Assembly (NCBI RefSeq): GCF_036971445.1
Contig: NC_091471.1
Coordinates: forward strand, 176,762,001 to 176,826,000
Direction: 5' to 3'
Origin: Narcine bancroftii
Lineage: Eukaryota
Length of the DNA: 64,000 nt
A program made the translations under genes and the position numbers. Numbering within the stretch: position 1 is the first letter of the stretch; each line of letters begins with the position of its first letter. The notes under the pieces were generated by a model that saw nothing but the letters and a program-made list of their open reading frames with translations, was not told where the DNA came from and did no database searches. Positions 41,430-53,218 of this stretch are shown here, in pieces.

Positions 41430-41640
41430 TCACAGTACCAGCAGTCTTGGCTGCGATATTGCAACAATGAACTGAACCCAAGGCAGAAGTTCAGCTGAGG
41501 ACTCTCCTGCCTTTGAATAGCTTGTTATTTTCATTCTGAGCCAACCTTTTGTTGATTTACTGGTCGTTAAATGCCTTTTCCAACAAAGGCGTAAAAATTT
41601 CCTTCCATTATTCATGGCTTTTTCAGTTCCACTGGACAAA
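41430..41640 (-). CDS. Candidate exon segment (phase-2 start) open until TGA 41432-41430; may instead be the 5' UTR of the C4orf50-like gene
   Basis: Acceptor aatttcacatgctag| followed by an open frame (LSSGTEKAMNNG...PRLLVL*) in the same frame as the downstream ATG at 41429. Confidence 0.4.
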
Positions 41641-42162
41641 CTAGCATGTGAAATTGATACAACATTCTAACATTACAGCATCAGAGAACTCTAACAATGA
41701 CCTTCTGAAGAGCTTTCACATTACATTGGGCAGAGGCCTCAATATTACAAATGCACAACTTTTATATTCAAATCAAAGTCATTGAAACAGTTTCTCTGAA
41801 CTGCTATTTTTCTCTCCAACATTTCTATGAAGGCCTGTTAGTTCTACTCCAGAATGTTTCAAGTCATCAATATCAGTAGTCAGAAAAAAGTACTATTCAG
41901 TAACTAACTCCTAACATCATCTAAAACACTGAAATCTGCAGACGATGTGATTGTAGTAAAAACACAAAAAAAGCTGGAGGAGCTGAGTACGTCTCGCAGT
42001 GTCCATCGGAGGTTACCTTGAAGAAGGGCACAGGCCCAAAACATTCATTACAGATTTTTATTTTCTATGGATGCTGCGAGACCTGCTGAGTTCCCTCAGT
42101 GTACACAAAAGTGCAAGAGAAACTGAGCAGGTCACGCAATGTCTATAGGAAGCAAAAATATA

Positions 42163-45100
42163 CAGTGCCTTCCATAACGTTTGGGACAAAGACACTTTAT
42201 TACTTTATTTTCCCCTGTGCTCCAGTTTTAAATTTGTAATCAATTGATTCATATGCGATTAAGGCACACATTTCAGATTTTTATTAAAGAGTATTTGTAT
42301 ACATTTTGGTTTGACCATGTAGTATTTACATCACTTTTTATAGATAGTCCCCAATTTCAAGGCCCCATAATATTTGGGACTTAGCAATGGTATGTATATT
42401 AATGTAGTCCTGTTTAGTACTTTGTTGCATATCCCTTGCATGCAAAGTCTGTGATTCATAGACATCACCAGGTGTTGAATCTTTTCTGGTGATGCTCTGC
42501 CAGGTCTCTACTGCAGCCACCTTCAGCTCCTGCTTGTTTTGGGGGTTTGTCCCCCTAAGCTTTCTCTTCAGCATATGGAAGGCATGCTCGATTGAATTTA
42601 GAATTTTCCAGCTTTTAGCTTTGAAAAGCCCCCTTGTTGCTTTATCAGTGTGTTTGGGATCATTGTCTTGCTGTAGAATGAAGCTCTGTCCAATGAGTTT
42701 GGAGGGATTTGCTCATACTTTCACAGATAAGATGTTTCTACACACCTCAAAATTAATTTTGTCACTTACATCAGTAATTACATCATCAATGAAGATAAGT
42801 GCACCAGTACCTGTGGCAGCCATACATGCCCAGGCCTTAACACCCCCACCACCACATTTCACCAATGAGGAGATATGCTTTAGATCTTGGGCACTTCCTT
42901 TACGCCCCCACACTTTGCTCTTGCCATCACTCTGATACAGGTTAATCTTGGTCTCATCTGTCCACAAGAAATTTTTCCAGAATTCTGCAGGCTCTTTTAA
43001 ATACATCTTGACAAATTGTAATCTGGTCAATGTGTTTCTGTGAACTAGTGGTTGGCCTCTTGTAGTGTAGCCTTGGTATTTCTGTTCATGAAATCTGTAG
43101 TCTTAGACACATCCACAACTGCCTCCTGAAGAGTGTTTCTGATCTTTAGAGAGGCATTTGGGGATTTATCGTCATTCTGATAAGAATTCTCTGTTATCAG
43201 GAGTGGAGGTCTTCCTTGGCCTTTGCGATTACTGAGCTCACCAGTATGTTCTTTCTTTTTAATGATGTTCCCAACATTGATTTTGGTCCTCCTGAGGTTT
43301 GGGTGATGCCTCTTGCTGTTTTATTCCTGTTTTTCAACCTCATAATGGCTTCTATGATTTGCATTGGCACCACCCTGGCAGAGTCAGTGTCAGAGAGATC
43401 TAATCGGGGGGGGGGGGGGGCATTAAGGTAACCACAGTGGGGGGGGTGGGCAAAAACTGTCATTTGATATCATTCAGTGGTGGGGGGGGGAGCGGGTGCC
43501 ATACCTGCCATGGACCTCCTCCATCCGTCGCGCCATCACACTTCCCCCTCCCTCCAGCATGCGTTTCAGACAAACGTATGTGCTTATAGCTTGTGGAGAT
43601 GAAACCACGTGATTCATTTTGGTGATGGCATCACTGAGGATTTTGTAGTAATGTCCTTAAAACTGATTTTTTGCTGAATATTTCCATTAGAAATATTTTT
43701 CAAAATTACTATTACATTCACATTGTAATCTGATATCATATGCCATTTACATCTGTCATCAAACTGAAGATAAGAATTGAATCCGGCACAGTGCAACTGT
43801 CCTGTAGGACAGCAAACTGCTCTCTGCAACAGGAGTGTCAAAAGAAATACAAATAAAGTCTGAGAATCACTCAACATGCAGTGTTTGAGATGCAGATAGA
43901 AACAAAAGAATTTATGGAAAAATAAATCACAAGTCATGTTAGCTCGGATTTTATGAGAAATGTCACAGGATAATTTTGCTTTCATTTAATGTACTCTGTC
44001 CATTATATGACTATATATTTATACATATTACTTTTATAAAGCACTTTTAAAGAGCGATTACAATTTGACTGGCTGACTAACTCAAAATAACAATCTGGTA
44101 ATGATTGATATTCCTAATGAAGGGTTCTGCCTCATTTGTCAGTGGTATTTGTTCAGTTCATTTTTCAGTATGTGTGTGACACTGGCATGGCTAATATTTA
44201 TTGACCACCATTGAGAAGATGGTAGCAAGCTCTCTTTTCATCTGATGCAATTATCTGCTTTTAGTACACTCACAATACTGTTGAATGTGAATACGCTAGA
44301 GTTAGATCCAGTAATGAAGAAGGAATTAACAGCTGTTAATTACCAGTTCTGGAGGTGAATCTGGAAATGGTGATTTTCCTATGAAACCATTGGTAGTAGA
44401 AGTTCTGGTTTAGGGGTTTAGGAGATACTAAGAAAGTAACTTAGTCAAATTCAGTGTTGGAGATGTTGGTACACATTAAAGTCATGGGAGTATTTTTTTT
44501 ATTTTGGATGGTGAATAGAATGTTTTATCCTAAAGAATGTCAATCATTATTTTGATAAGGGGGTTGTTATTGGGCCATATGATGGGCATTCTATGAACAG
44601 TTCTGATGTCCCCATTTTCTGGCTCCCAAGAGATGAGCCCCTCAATCATCCAGCCATTGACATTTATGTGACTGGCCAAGATGAGTGTTTTAGATCTATC
44701 CAGAGACAATGACTTGCCAATATCTGTGGAGCGTCATCCATTTGAAAACAAAAAGCAGAAAGAGCAATCGTCATTTTCGCTTTTGTTTGTCACACGTGGT
44801 TCAATCCCGTGCTGATTCACTTGCCAGTTTTGAATTTTAAAGGAGTATCTGTGAAACATGCCGTTCCACTTCATGTCAGCAAAAAACAACAAGTAATGAA
44901 ACTTCCAATGTATAGTAAAACAACGTACAAAACTTTCAAATGTCTATTTTACCAAATGGCCTGGCACCAATGCAGATGGGAATAGGAGGGGAAACTAAAT
45001 AAACTCACTCAGAAGTTCTGAAATGGGGAACCATCAGTGAGCAAGAGAATTGCCACAGTATTTGCGAGCATCTAGGCCGCAATATCACGCGGCCCGACTC

Positions 45101-45765
45101 CTTTCATCTTACCGGTATTGTGCTGGTCAATTAACTCTGGAGGCTACAAATGAGAGGTAGCAGACAGTTAAATTAATGCGATGAGGAGGGGAAGCGATAG
45201 CTGTTATCATGGATTCATATATAAAAAGTAATTTTGACACAATATGTTAAATTGAAGAAGCTCATGTAATGCAAATGCAACACTTCGATCATAGCCCCAC
45301 ATCAGCAAAGGTGCTTCAGAGTATAAAAAACAAATTTGGTGGTGGGGGGGGGGGGGGCGTGCATGGCTCACAGATGCCCCACCCCCATGATTCCGACCCT
45401 GACTCTGGTCCTCTTGTTGTAAAATGGCATGGTAACTGCAGACTCCAAAGGTGATCAAAACCTTAGCAGCTAGCCGAGCTCTCTTATAGCTGCATCAATG
45501 AACCAATTAAACATACCTGTGTGACCACAAATAGCTGTGAAGCCAAATGTCCCAAACATTTTTGTGTCCTGAAATGAGGGGACTATGTAGAAAAAATGCT
45601 GTAACTTCTACATGGTCAAAGCAAAATGTACACAAGTAACTTTGAATAAAATCTGGAATATATACTTTAATCACATGCAAATTGTTTGATTACCAATTTT
45701 AAACTGGAGCTCAGGGGCAAATAAAAGAAAAAATTGTCTTTGCCCAAACATCATGGAGGGCACTA
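42163..45765 (-). mobile_element. Tc1-family transposon (IR/DR type, degenerate transposase) carrying a ~2-kb nested insertion
   Basis: ~220-bp TIRs starting CAGTGCCTTCCATAACGTTTGGGAC after a TA, with an internal TTTGGGAC direct repeat. Transposase LWTDETKINLY...VKCGGGGVKAWACM. Confidence 0.92.
43379..45401 (-). mobile_element. Degenerate hAT-like DNA transposon nested in Tc1
   Basis: Short TIRs CAGAGTCAG / CCGACCCTG and TSD accctgg/actctgg; Tc1 sequence rejoins across it. Faint minus-strand FQMDD-STDI and ILRLYL..AESSF remnants. Confidence 0.55.
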
Positions 45766-46658
45766 AATAATCAACATTTCTGGCCTGAGTCCCTCACAAA
45801 GGTATAAGCAGAAAGCAGGCAGATGCCTAACTAAAAAGGTGGGGGGAGAAGGGCAGGGGAAGAGAACAGGCCAACAACCAAGAGATCATTGGTGGATATG
45901 CGTGGGAGGGCAGACAAGAAAAAAAGCTCAGATGTAATGGAGGAGAGGGTAGCTCTCTGGATGGAGAGGGAAGAGAGTGGGGAGCTGAAAGACAGAGAGA
46001 GAGAGAGAGAAAATGGGGGAAAAAAAAGAGGAAGGGAGAGGGAAGGGAAAAGAGAGGGGAAGTGAGAAAGAGCAAGAGAAAAAGAGAGAGAGAACAAGAG
46101 AGAGAGAAAGAGCAAGGGCACGCACACTAACAGAAACTGGAAAGTCAATGTTAATGCCATCTGCTGGTTGAGTGCCTCGACACATTAGGTGTTGTTCCTC
46201 AAATTTGTTGGTAGCTTCGGTTTAGCAGTGCGGGAAGCCATGAACAGATATGTCAGTGTAAGAATGCCTCTATATCCAACACATTATCCTCCAGAATTTC
46301 TGCCGCTTACAACACGATCCATCACCATACACATCATCCCCTCTCCTCCCCTCTCTAGTTTCCATAGGGACCACTCCCTCATCCATTCATCTCTTCCTAC
46401 TAATCTCCCCCACGTACCTGCCCGTCTCCGGGTAATGCTACACCTGTGCCCACATCTCCTCCCTCACCACCATTTGGGGCCTTCAACAGTCCCTGCAAGT
46501 GAAGCAACAGTTCTCTGTCTTTCTCTTTCACCTGTGGCCTCCCCTACATCAGAAAGATTGGACACAAACTGGGAGATCATTTCATTGACCACCTATTTTC
46601 TGTCCATTGTAATAATGGGAACCTCACAGTGACCACTGATTTCAATTCAACGCCCTTT
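45766..46658. mobile_element. Penelope-like fragments (minus to ~46250, plus from ~46270) with a GA-rich tract
   Basis: QPADGINIDF on the minus strand; GIY-YIG-region remnants on the plus strand that continue after the Gypsy element. Confidence 0.65.
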
Positions 46659-46663
46659 TGCAC

Positions 46664-49600
46664 TATGGTGGAACACGGTACTGCAGACATGACCTCGCTG
46701 GCCCGCTTTCCATCCCTGTAAGATCCCTAATAAAGGCTGATAGGTAGTCTCCTCCCTCATACCTGCCTTGGATGTGAGCCAGCAGCATGTAGAAGCATGA
46801 CAAGGTTTTCTGATTAATAAAACCTTTGACTACTTGCTTCATGTCTGCAGGTGGTCATTAATCGTGCCTCAATTTATTAATCATAATTTTATTTGCCATG
46901 GACAAGGTGATTAGACTGGAGAAGCTGGAAACTGATCCAAAGGAGCCAGAGGCCTTTGTCATGTTCGCTTGAAGGCCTACCTGAGGTGCCACTAGATCAC
47001 AGCCAACGTCGATCGATATGACTTGTTCTTCGCAGTGGTGGGCCACTGAGTGCACCAGATAATCCGTGACTGTGAAGGGTACAATGAGAAAATGGCCCAA
47101 CTGTGACAACAATATAGATCCCCGATAAACGCTATGTATGCTGGACACCCAACACCAGGGCCCTGGTGAGTCAAACATTGATTTTGTAAGGTCCATGCTG
47201 GGGGGAGCCTGTGGGTGCTAACATGTGACTACAGTGTCCTACCAGGAGGAGCTCTTCCGCGATGGGCTAGTTGTGGGCTTCCGCTCCCATCATATATAGG
47301 AGCAACTTCTGGAGAAAGCCAATCGGTCCCTACAATAAGTGATGTCGATGGCCTGATCACTGGAGACAGACCAAAATAATACAGAGGCCTATTCAGCAGG
47401 CCACGTGGATGCCAGGTGGGGAGAACGGGCGATGTCACCTTGGGACTCAGGGTCTCTGATTGCCGCTGCCACCGCCGAACACACGAGGTGCAACTATTGC
47501 GGCCAGGGCAAACACCCATGGAAGTACTCTCTGGCCTGTAGCATGACCAGCCCAAACTGCCAGAGGAAGGGGCACTACACAAAGGTACGCCGCTCTAAAC
47601 CCCATGTGCGGACCATGACCCACGCCGCCATCTTTGGCCGACCCACTTCCGGCGTCATTTCTAGTAGCTGAGAACCGAACGTCCTGAACAGGAGTGCGAC
47701 GACACAGGATAACATCACATCCGGCTTCTCCCATGGGATCCATGGGAGTGGGCATCTTCGCAATCTCCTGGGTGGCCATCTTGGCGGCAGCCATCCCAAC
47801 GATATAGCAGCAACGACTCGGACAGTGAGCTGACGTTGGCCTTCATCATGCTGGACCTGAGCAGGCCACACTAGCTGGGGCAATCGATGATGGACATTGA
47901 TGTAAACAGCCACACCATTGGCTGCCTGTTTGACACAGGAAGCACAGAGAGTTTCGTACACCCGGGCACGGCCGAACATTATTCCCTGATGTGTCCCCAT
48001 TGAAGTGCGAAGTAGCGCTGGCCTCCAAATCCCTCTCCATGGAAATCAGCAGGTGTTGCACCATGACCTTAACCATGAGAGTCGCAAAATATAAAAACTT
48101 CAAACTGCTGGTGATCCCCCACCTCTGCGCACCTGTCATATTGGGGCTGAACTTCCAGTGCCAGCTTAAGGGTGAGCTGATGCAGTATGACGGGCCCCAC
48201 CCCCCCCCCCCCCACTCACTATCAGTGATAACCAGTTCATGGAGGGCCCGCCCGTCCTCTCGAATGTGCCCAATCACACATCCGAACACCGTGCACAGCA
48301 ACTGCCCTGTGGTTTGGCAACCCTTTGGGTCCCTTCGTCCTCTCTATTCCAAAACCTCACCCTGGACTGCAAATCAGTCACCACTAATGGTAGGTGATAC
48401 AGCCCCAGGTGCAGGGAATTCATAAAAACAGAAGTGGGGCAACTCCTGGGGGAAGAGCATAATACAATTGAGTAACAGCCCCTGGAAGGTGCAAGTGGTG
48501 GTGGTGAAGAGTGGGAAGAAGCACTGAATGGTCATCAATTACAGCCAGTCCATCAACAGGTTCACCTTATTAGATGTCTACCCTCTCCCCCACATAGCCA
48601 ATATGCTGAATGAGATCACCCAGTTCAGGGTCTTTTCCACCACAGACCACAAATCAGCGTATCACCAAATTCCGATTTGCCCAGAAGACCCAGCCTCACA
48701 CGGCATGTGAGGCAGACGGCCCCCTCTATCACTTCCAGCGGGTTGTACTCGGCCTCACAAATTAGGTGTCAGTGTTCCAGGGGAGATGGATCACATGGTG
48801 GATGACAATAAAGCTAAAAGTTACTAGACTTATCCCTATTTGGATAATGTCACCATCTGCGGCCGGAACCAGGAGGAACACGGTGAGAACCTGGAGAGGT
48901 TCCTGGCCACCACAAAATCCCTCAACCTCACGTATAATAAGAAAATGTGTGTTTAGCACCAAGCAGCTGGCAATCCTGGGGTATGTGGTAGAGGATTGAG
49001 TCATTGCCCCTGACCCCGAGTACATGTGGCCTCTTCTGAAACTTCCTCTGCCCCAGAACCCCAAGGCTTTAAAAAGATGCCTGGGTTTCTTCTCATACTA
49101 TATCCAGTGGATCCTCAATTATGCAGACAAGGCCCAAACTCTGGGAAAACCACCACCTTTCCCCCTGTCGGCAGAGGCCCGTAAGGCTTTCAAGGCCATT
49201 AAGGACAAGAGTGCCAAGATGGGGATGCACTCCATTGATGAATCCATCCATTCCAAGTGGAGAGCGATGTCTCCGACTTTGCCCTGGCCACCATGCTGAA
49301 CCAAGCAAGCAGGCCAGTGGCATTTTTCTTCCAAACCCTCCAAGGTCCAAAACTCAGGTGCTCCACCAGTGAAAAGAGGCACAGGCTATAGTGGAAGCCA
49401 TGCATCACTGGAGGCACTATTTGGCCCACAGACCATTCACCCTGTTGACGGACCAGAGACCATCACTTTCATGTTTAATAACAAACAGCGGGGGAAAATT
49501 AAAAATGACAAGATCATGAGTTGTAGAATTGAGCTGTCCACCTATAATTATGAGATTTTGTATCGGTCAGGCAAGCTCAATGAGCCACCCGATGCCCTGT

Positions 49601-51111
49601 CCAGGGGAACCTGTGCCAGGGTGCAAGTTGATCACCTCCAAGCCCTCCCCAATAGCTTCTGCCACCTGGGGTTTCAAGGCTCTATCATTATGTGAGGGCC
49701 CATAACCTCCCCTATTCAGTAGAGGAGGTCAGGGAGCTGACTCACAATTGCACAGTCTGCGCAAAATGCAAGCCACATTTTTACCTACCGGAGGGAATCT
49801 AACTCATTAAAGCTACTTGCCCCTTCAAAGTCTCAGCATGGACTTTAAGGGGCCCCTCCCATCCATGAATCAGAACATGTACTTCCTGAATATCATGGTC
49901 GAGTACTCACGTTTCCCATTCACCATCCTCTCCCTGACATGATTACACCCACAGTCATTAAACCCCACTGTACCACCTCCACCCTGTTCAGATAACCCAG
50001 TTACATTCATAATGATGGGGGGGGGGGGGTTCCTCATTCATGAGTGAGGAGTGGTAATATTTCCTTTCTAAGGGTGAAGCCATGAGTAGAACCACCAGCT
50101 ACAATCCCTGTGAGCCTGTGAGAACAGGTAGGTGGAGAGGGAGAATGATATGATTTGGAAGGCAGTCTTTTTGGCCCTCAAGTTGAAAGGGATGCCTGTA
50201 TCCCAGAGGCAAGAGGTCCTTCCAGAAGCACTGCAGGCCATCAGGTCCCTGCTCTGCACAGCAACTGATGCCACCCCACATAAAAAAATGTTCTCCTTCC
50301 CTAGGAGGTTGCCATCAGGAACCATGCTGCGAGTCTGATTGATGACCCCAGGGCCAGTGCTTCTCCGAAAGTACGTTAGGACCCACAAGGTGGACCCGCT
50401 GATCGAGGAAGTCCACCTCCTGCATGCTAACCCAGACAGTACGGTACCCGGACAGAAGAGACAACACAGTGACTATCCAGGACCTGGCTCGAGCTGGGGC
50501 CTCGGCATGGAAGGGGCACCCAGTAGCCCACGTCAGTGACCAGTCAGCCCCAGGTACCACCCCGACAAGTGACAAAGAGAACCCACTACCACGCCCCCTC
50601 AGGCTGCCGTCCCCTCACCCCTACAAACAAGTCCCCCATCCCCCGTGGAACCGGTACACACGGACAAAGTTCAACCCTCCAACACCCAGCCTGCTGAACA
50701 AACCATCATTCTGTAGGAACTAACGACATAGCCGGTGCTGCACCAAACGCAGCACTGGATAAAAGCACCGGATTGGCCTATGAACTGTTATGGACTACAC
50801 GACCAGTGCCAATGGACATTTCCCCCCCTTCACCCAAAAAAAAGGGGTGAATGTGGTGGAACGTAGTACTGCAGGCATGACCTCGCTGGACTGGGCAGGC
50901 ATGACCTCACTGGACTGGGCAGGCATGACCTCCTTATGTACCTGTACCTCCTCCTGTAAGATCCCTAATAAAGGCTGAGAGACCTAGTCTCCTCCCTTAT
51001 ATTTGCCTTGGACGTGAACCAGCAGTATGTAGAAGCATGACAAGGTTTTCTGAATAATAGAGCCTTTGACTACTTGCTTTGTGTCTGTGGGTGGTCATTG
51101 ATCATGCCACA
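46664..51111 (+). mobile_element. Full-length degenerate Gypsy (Mag-like) LTR retrotransposon
   Basis: LTRs 46664-46871 and 50852-51111 with perfect 5-bp TSD TGCAC. Gag zinc knuckles (CNYCGQGKH..CQRKGHY), protease LFDTGS, RT (YPLPHI, YLDN), RNase H, integrase and PPT aaaaaaaggggtgaa. Confidence 0.95.
50871..50932 (+). repeat. 24-bp tandem repeat (~2.6 copies) in the 3' LTR
   Basis: gcaggcatgacctc(g/a)ctggactgg repeated; the 5' LTR has one partial copy. Confidence 0.9.
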
Positions 51112-51590
51112 TGCACACTGGCAAGTTTGTCCATGGCCTCATACACTGCTAAACTGAGCAGACCTGCAAATTGGAAAAACAATATTTAATATTCCATCTG
51201 GGCACTAGCCAATCAGATGGTATTAACATCAACTTCTCCAGTTTCCATAAAGCCCCTCTCTTGTCTCTCTTTCCCTTTGTCTCCTTTTCTCCAGCTCTCC
51301 ACCCCCTTCTTTCTCCTTTCAGAGAGCTACCCCTCCTCAGCCATTTTCTCTCTGCCCTTCTACCCATACCCTATAACCTCTTGCTTGTTGGCCTGAGCTC
51401 ATCTCTCTGCACCTTGCTTTTTATTCAGGTGCTTGCCTGCTTTCTCCTCATACCTCGACGAAGGTCTCAAGCCTGAAACCTTGGTTATAGTGTATATCTT
51501 AGCTTCCTATGGATGCTGTGTGACCTATTGAATTTCTCCAGCACTTTTGAGTATTGCATAACAATCGCAGCATCTGCAGACTTTCCAGAT
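51112..51590 (+). mobile_element. Penelope-like 3' end with hammerhead-like motif (51455-51487)
   Basis: EKQYLIFHLGTSQSDGININFS, pyrimidine tract and TCGACGA aggtctcaagcct GAAAC cttg GTT. Confidence 0.75.
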
Positions 51591-52380
51591 TAACGTCATT
51601 ATTCATTTGTAAGCACAAAATTGGGCTATAAGTTGGTAATCAAGAGAGACTGAATAATGTGAATGTACTGGAGAAAGTGCAGTGGAAACAAACCAGGATA
51701 TTAAGTGTTTTTGCAATGATGAAAGGCAGAAGTTATTTTCCTTGGAGGAGGAAGAAGACTGACTGTGGACATGAGCGAGGTATACAACTTTATAATCAGG
51801 ACGTGAGAGGGCGTTGGAGGTTTCCTGATCAAGTCAGAGCTTGGATTGCTGATGGTTCGGACTGAAGGCCATGTGGCTGAGGAGGCTGTGGGAGCGCTGG
51901 AGGTGAATCCATTGGCATTCAGTGACCTTGGGAGACTCTCTTTTGCTTCTCTTTCTCTGGCTATAATGGGTGCTGGACAATTTTTTGGAACCTTACAGAG
52001 GACCAAAGGAAATTTTGTGTAATATCACATTTTCTGTTTTATTGCATGACAATAAAATAATCTTGAATCTTGAAAGTAAAGAGCAGAGAGAGAAGGAACC
52101 CCTATTTCTCACAGCAGAGATGTCTGAAACTATGAAGAATAGGTTTAGAAAGAGGTTTTTTTTCCCCCACAGGGTGGATGGCATCGGAAACATACTGATT
52201 AAGTGGATGGAGGAGGAAGGTACTCTCATGCAGTAAACAAAGTATTTGAAATGCCAATGAATAGAGGGCCATGGGCAAGTACTGGTGAAGGGGATTAGTA
52301 CAAATAGGTATTTAAAGACCAGCATGGTCATAGTGGGTTGAAATGGTCCATTTCAGAGCTGTATAACTCCATGCCTCGAC

Positions 52381-52511
52381 ATTCCATCTGGGCACTAGCC
52401 AATCAGATGGTATTAACATCAACTTCTCCAGTTTCCATAAAGCCCCTCTCTTGTCTCTCTTTCCCTTTGTCTCCTTTTCTCCAGCTCTCCACCCCCTTCT
52501 TTCTCCTTTCA
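52381..52511 (+). repeat. 131-bp exact direct copy of 51191-51321
   Basis: Identical by eye from attccatctgggcac to ttctcctttca, 1190 bp apart. Confidence 0.9.
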
Positions 52512-52517
52512 CAGTAC

Positions 52518-52585
52518 CAGTGACACTGACTCAGAGAGAGCTTGACAACCTCAGCTGGTTTGCCTTCAGGAGATGCAAGTAGAAG
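52518..52585 (-). CDS. Candidate 68-nt exon (LLLASPEGKPAEVVKLSLSQCH), phase 0 to 2
   Basis: Strong polypyrimidine acceptor (ttttctgtcctcttttcattcatcag|) and donor TG|gtactg. Phases fit the exon ending at 56252 and the acceptor at 41640. Confidence 0.5.
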
Positions 52586-52641
52586 CTGATGAATGAAAAG
52601 AGGACAGAAAAAATTAGAATTGGAACCATGAGACATAAATA

Positions 52642-53218
52642 CAGATAGATCCCAACTTTCGATATTTTGAAATTACGATGATCAGAATCCAGATAAGTTG
52701 GGGTCTACCTGTATCAATGTGATTGCTTTTCCTTCTCTGAAGAAAATACTCCCATCCAATCAGAGCACACAAATTGCTTCCCAATTATGCTTTGTCGGAC
52801 CCATCGCCATTTTTAAACAGGTGATTTGGAACGCTTGTGCAGATTACTGTCGTTGGGGAGGGAGAGATTGAAGAGGGAGAGAGAATGACAGCAATCTTTG
52901 CATGGGTTCCAAATCACAATGTAGATGGTGAAGATAGGCCAATGCCCCTAGTTATCAGGCGCCATCTCGGGGTCCCGGCAGGAACAAGGACATTGAAGAC
53001 CCTGCTGCTGCTGGGAGGCCGGAGTCCTCGCTGCCACCAGGAGGCTCCCAGCAGGAGCAGGGACGTCAGGTTCACCTCCTGGTAAGAGGCAGGGATGTTG
53101 TCCTCCCGGCAGGAGCAGCTCGGTAAACTACATGTACAGGTAGACCTTGACTTACAACAATTTCGCCTTTCAATGCAAGTCGCGGAACCAACCCCCATTG
53201 TAAGTTGGGGTCTGCCTG
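52642..53218. mobile_element. Tigger/pogo-like non-autonomous element made of two small TIR units (52642-52711, 53137-53218) around a GC-rich core
   Basis: TA-CAG(A/G)TAGA..ACTT ... AAGTTGGGGTCT(A/G)CCTG termini in both units. Confidence 0.6.

Noticed and set aside
41430-41432. TGA as a selenocysteine codon
   Set aside because: No redox-motif context, no SECIS visible in the window, and the next codon is the apparent conserved start.
45827-46185. Hydrophobic Leu/Ser/Phe ORFs resembling membrane proteins (also 19258-19820)
   Set aside because: Translations of the pyrimidine-rich tract of Penelope 3' regions.
50871-50932. CRISPR-like repeat
   Set aside because: Head-to-tail repeat without spacers, inside a eukaryotic LTR.
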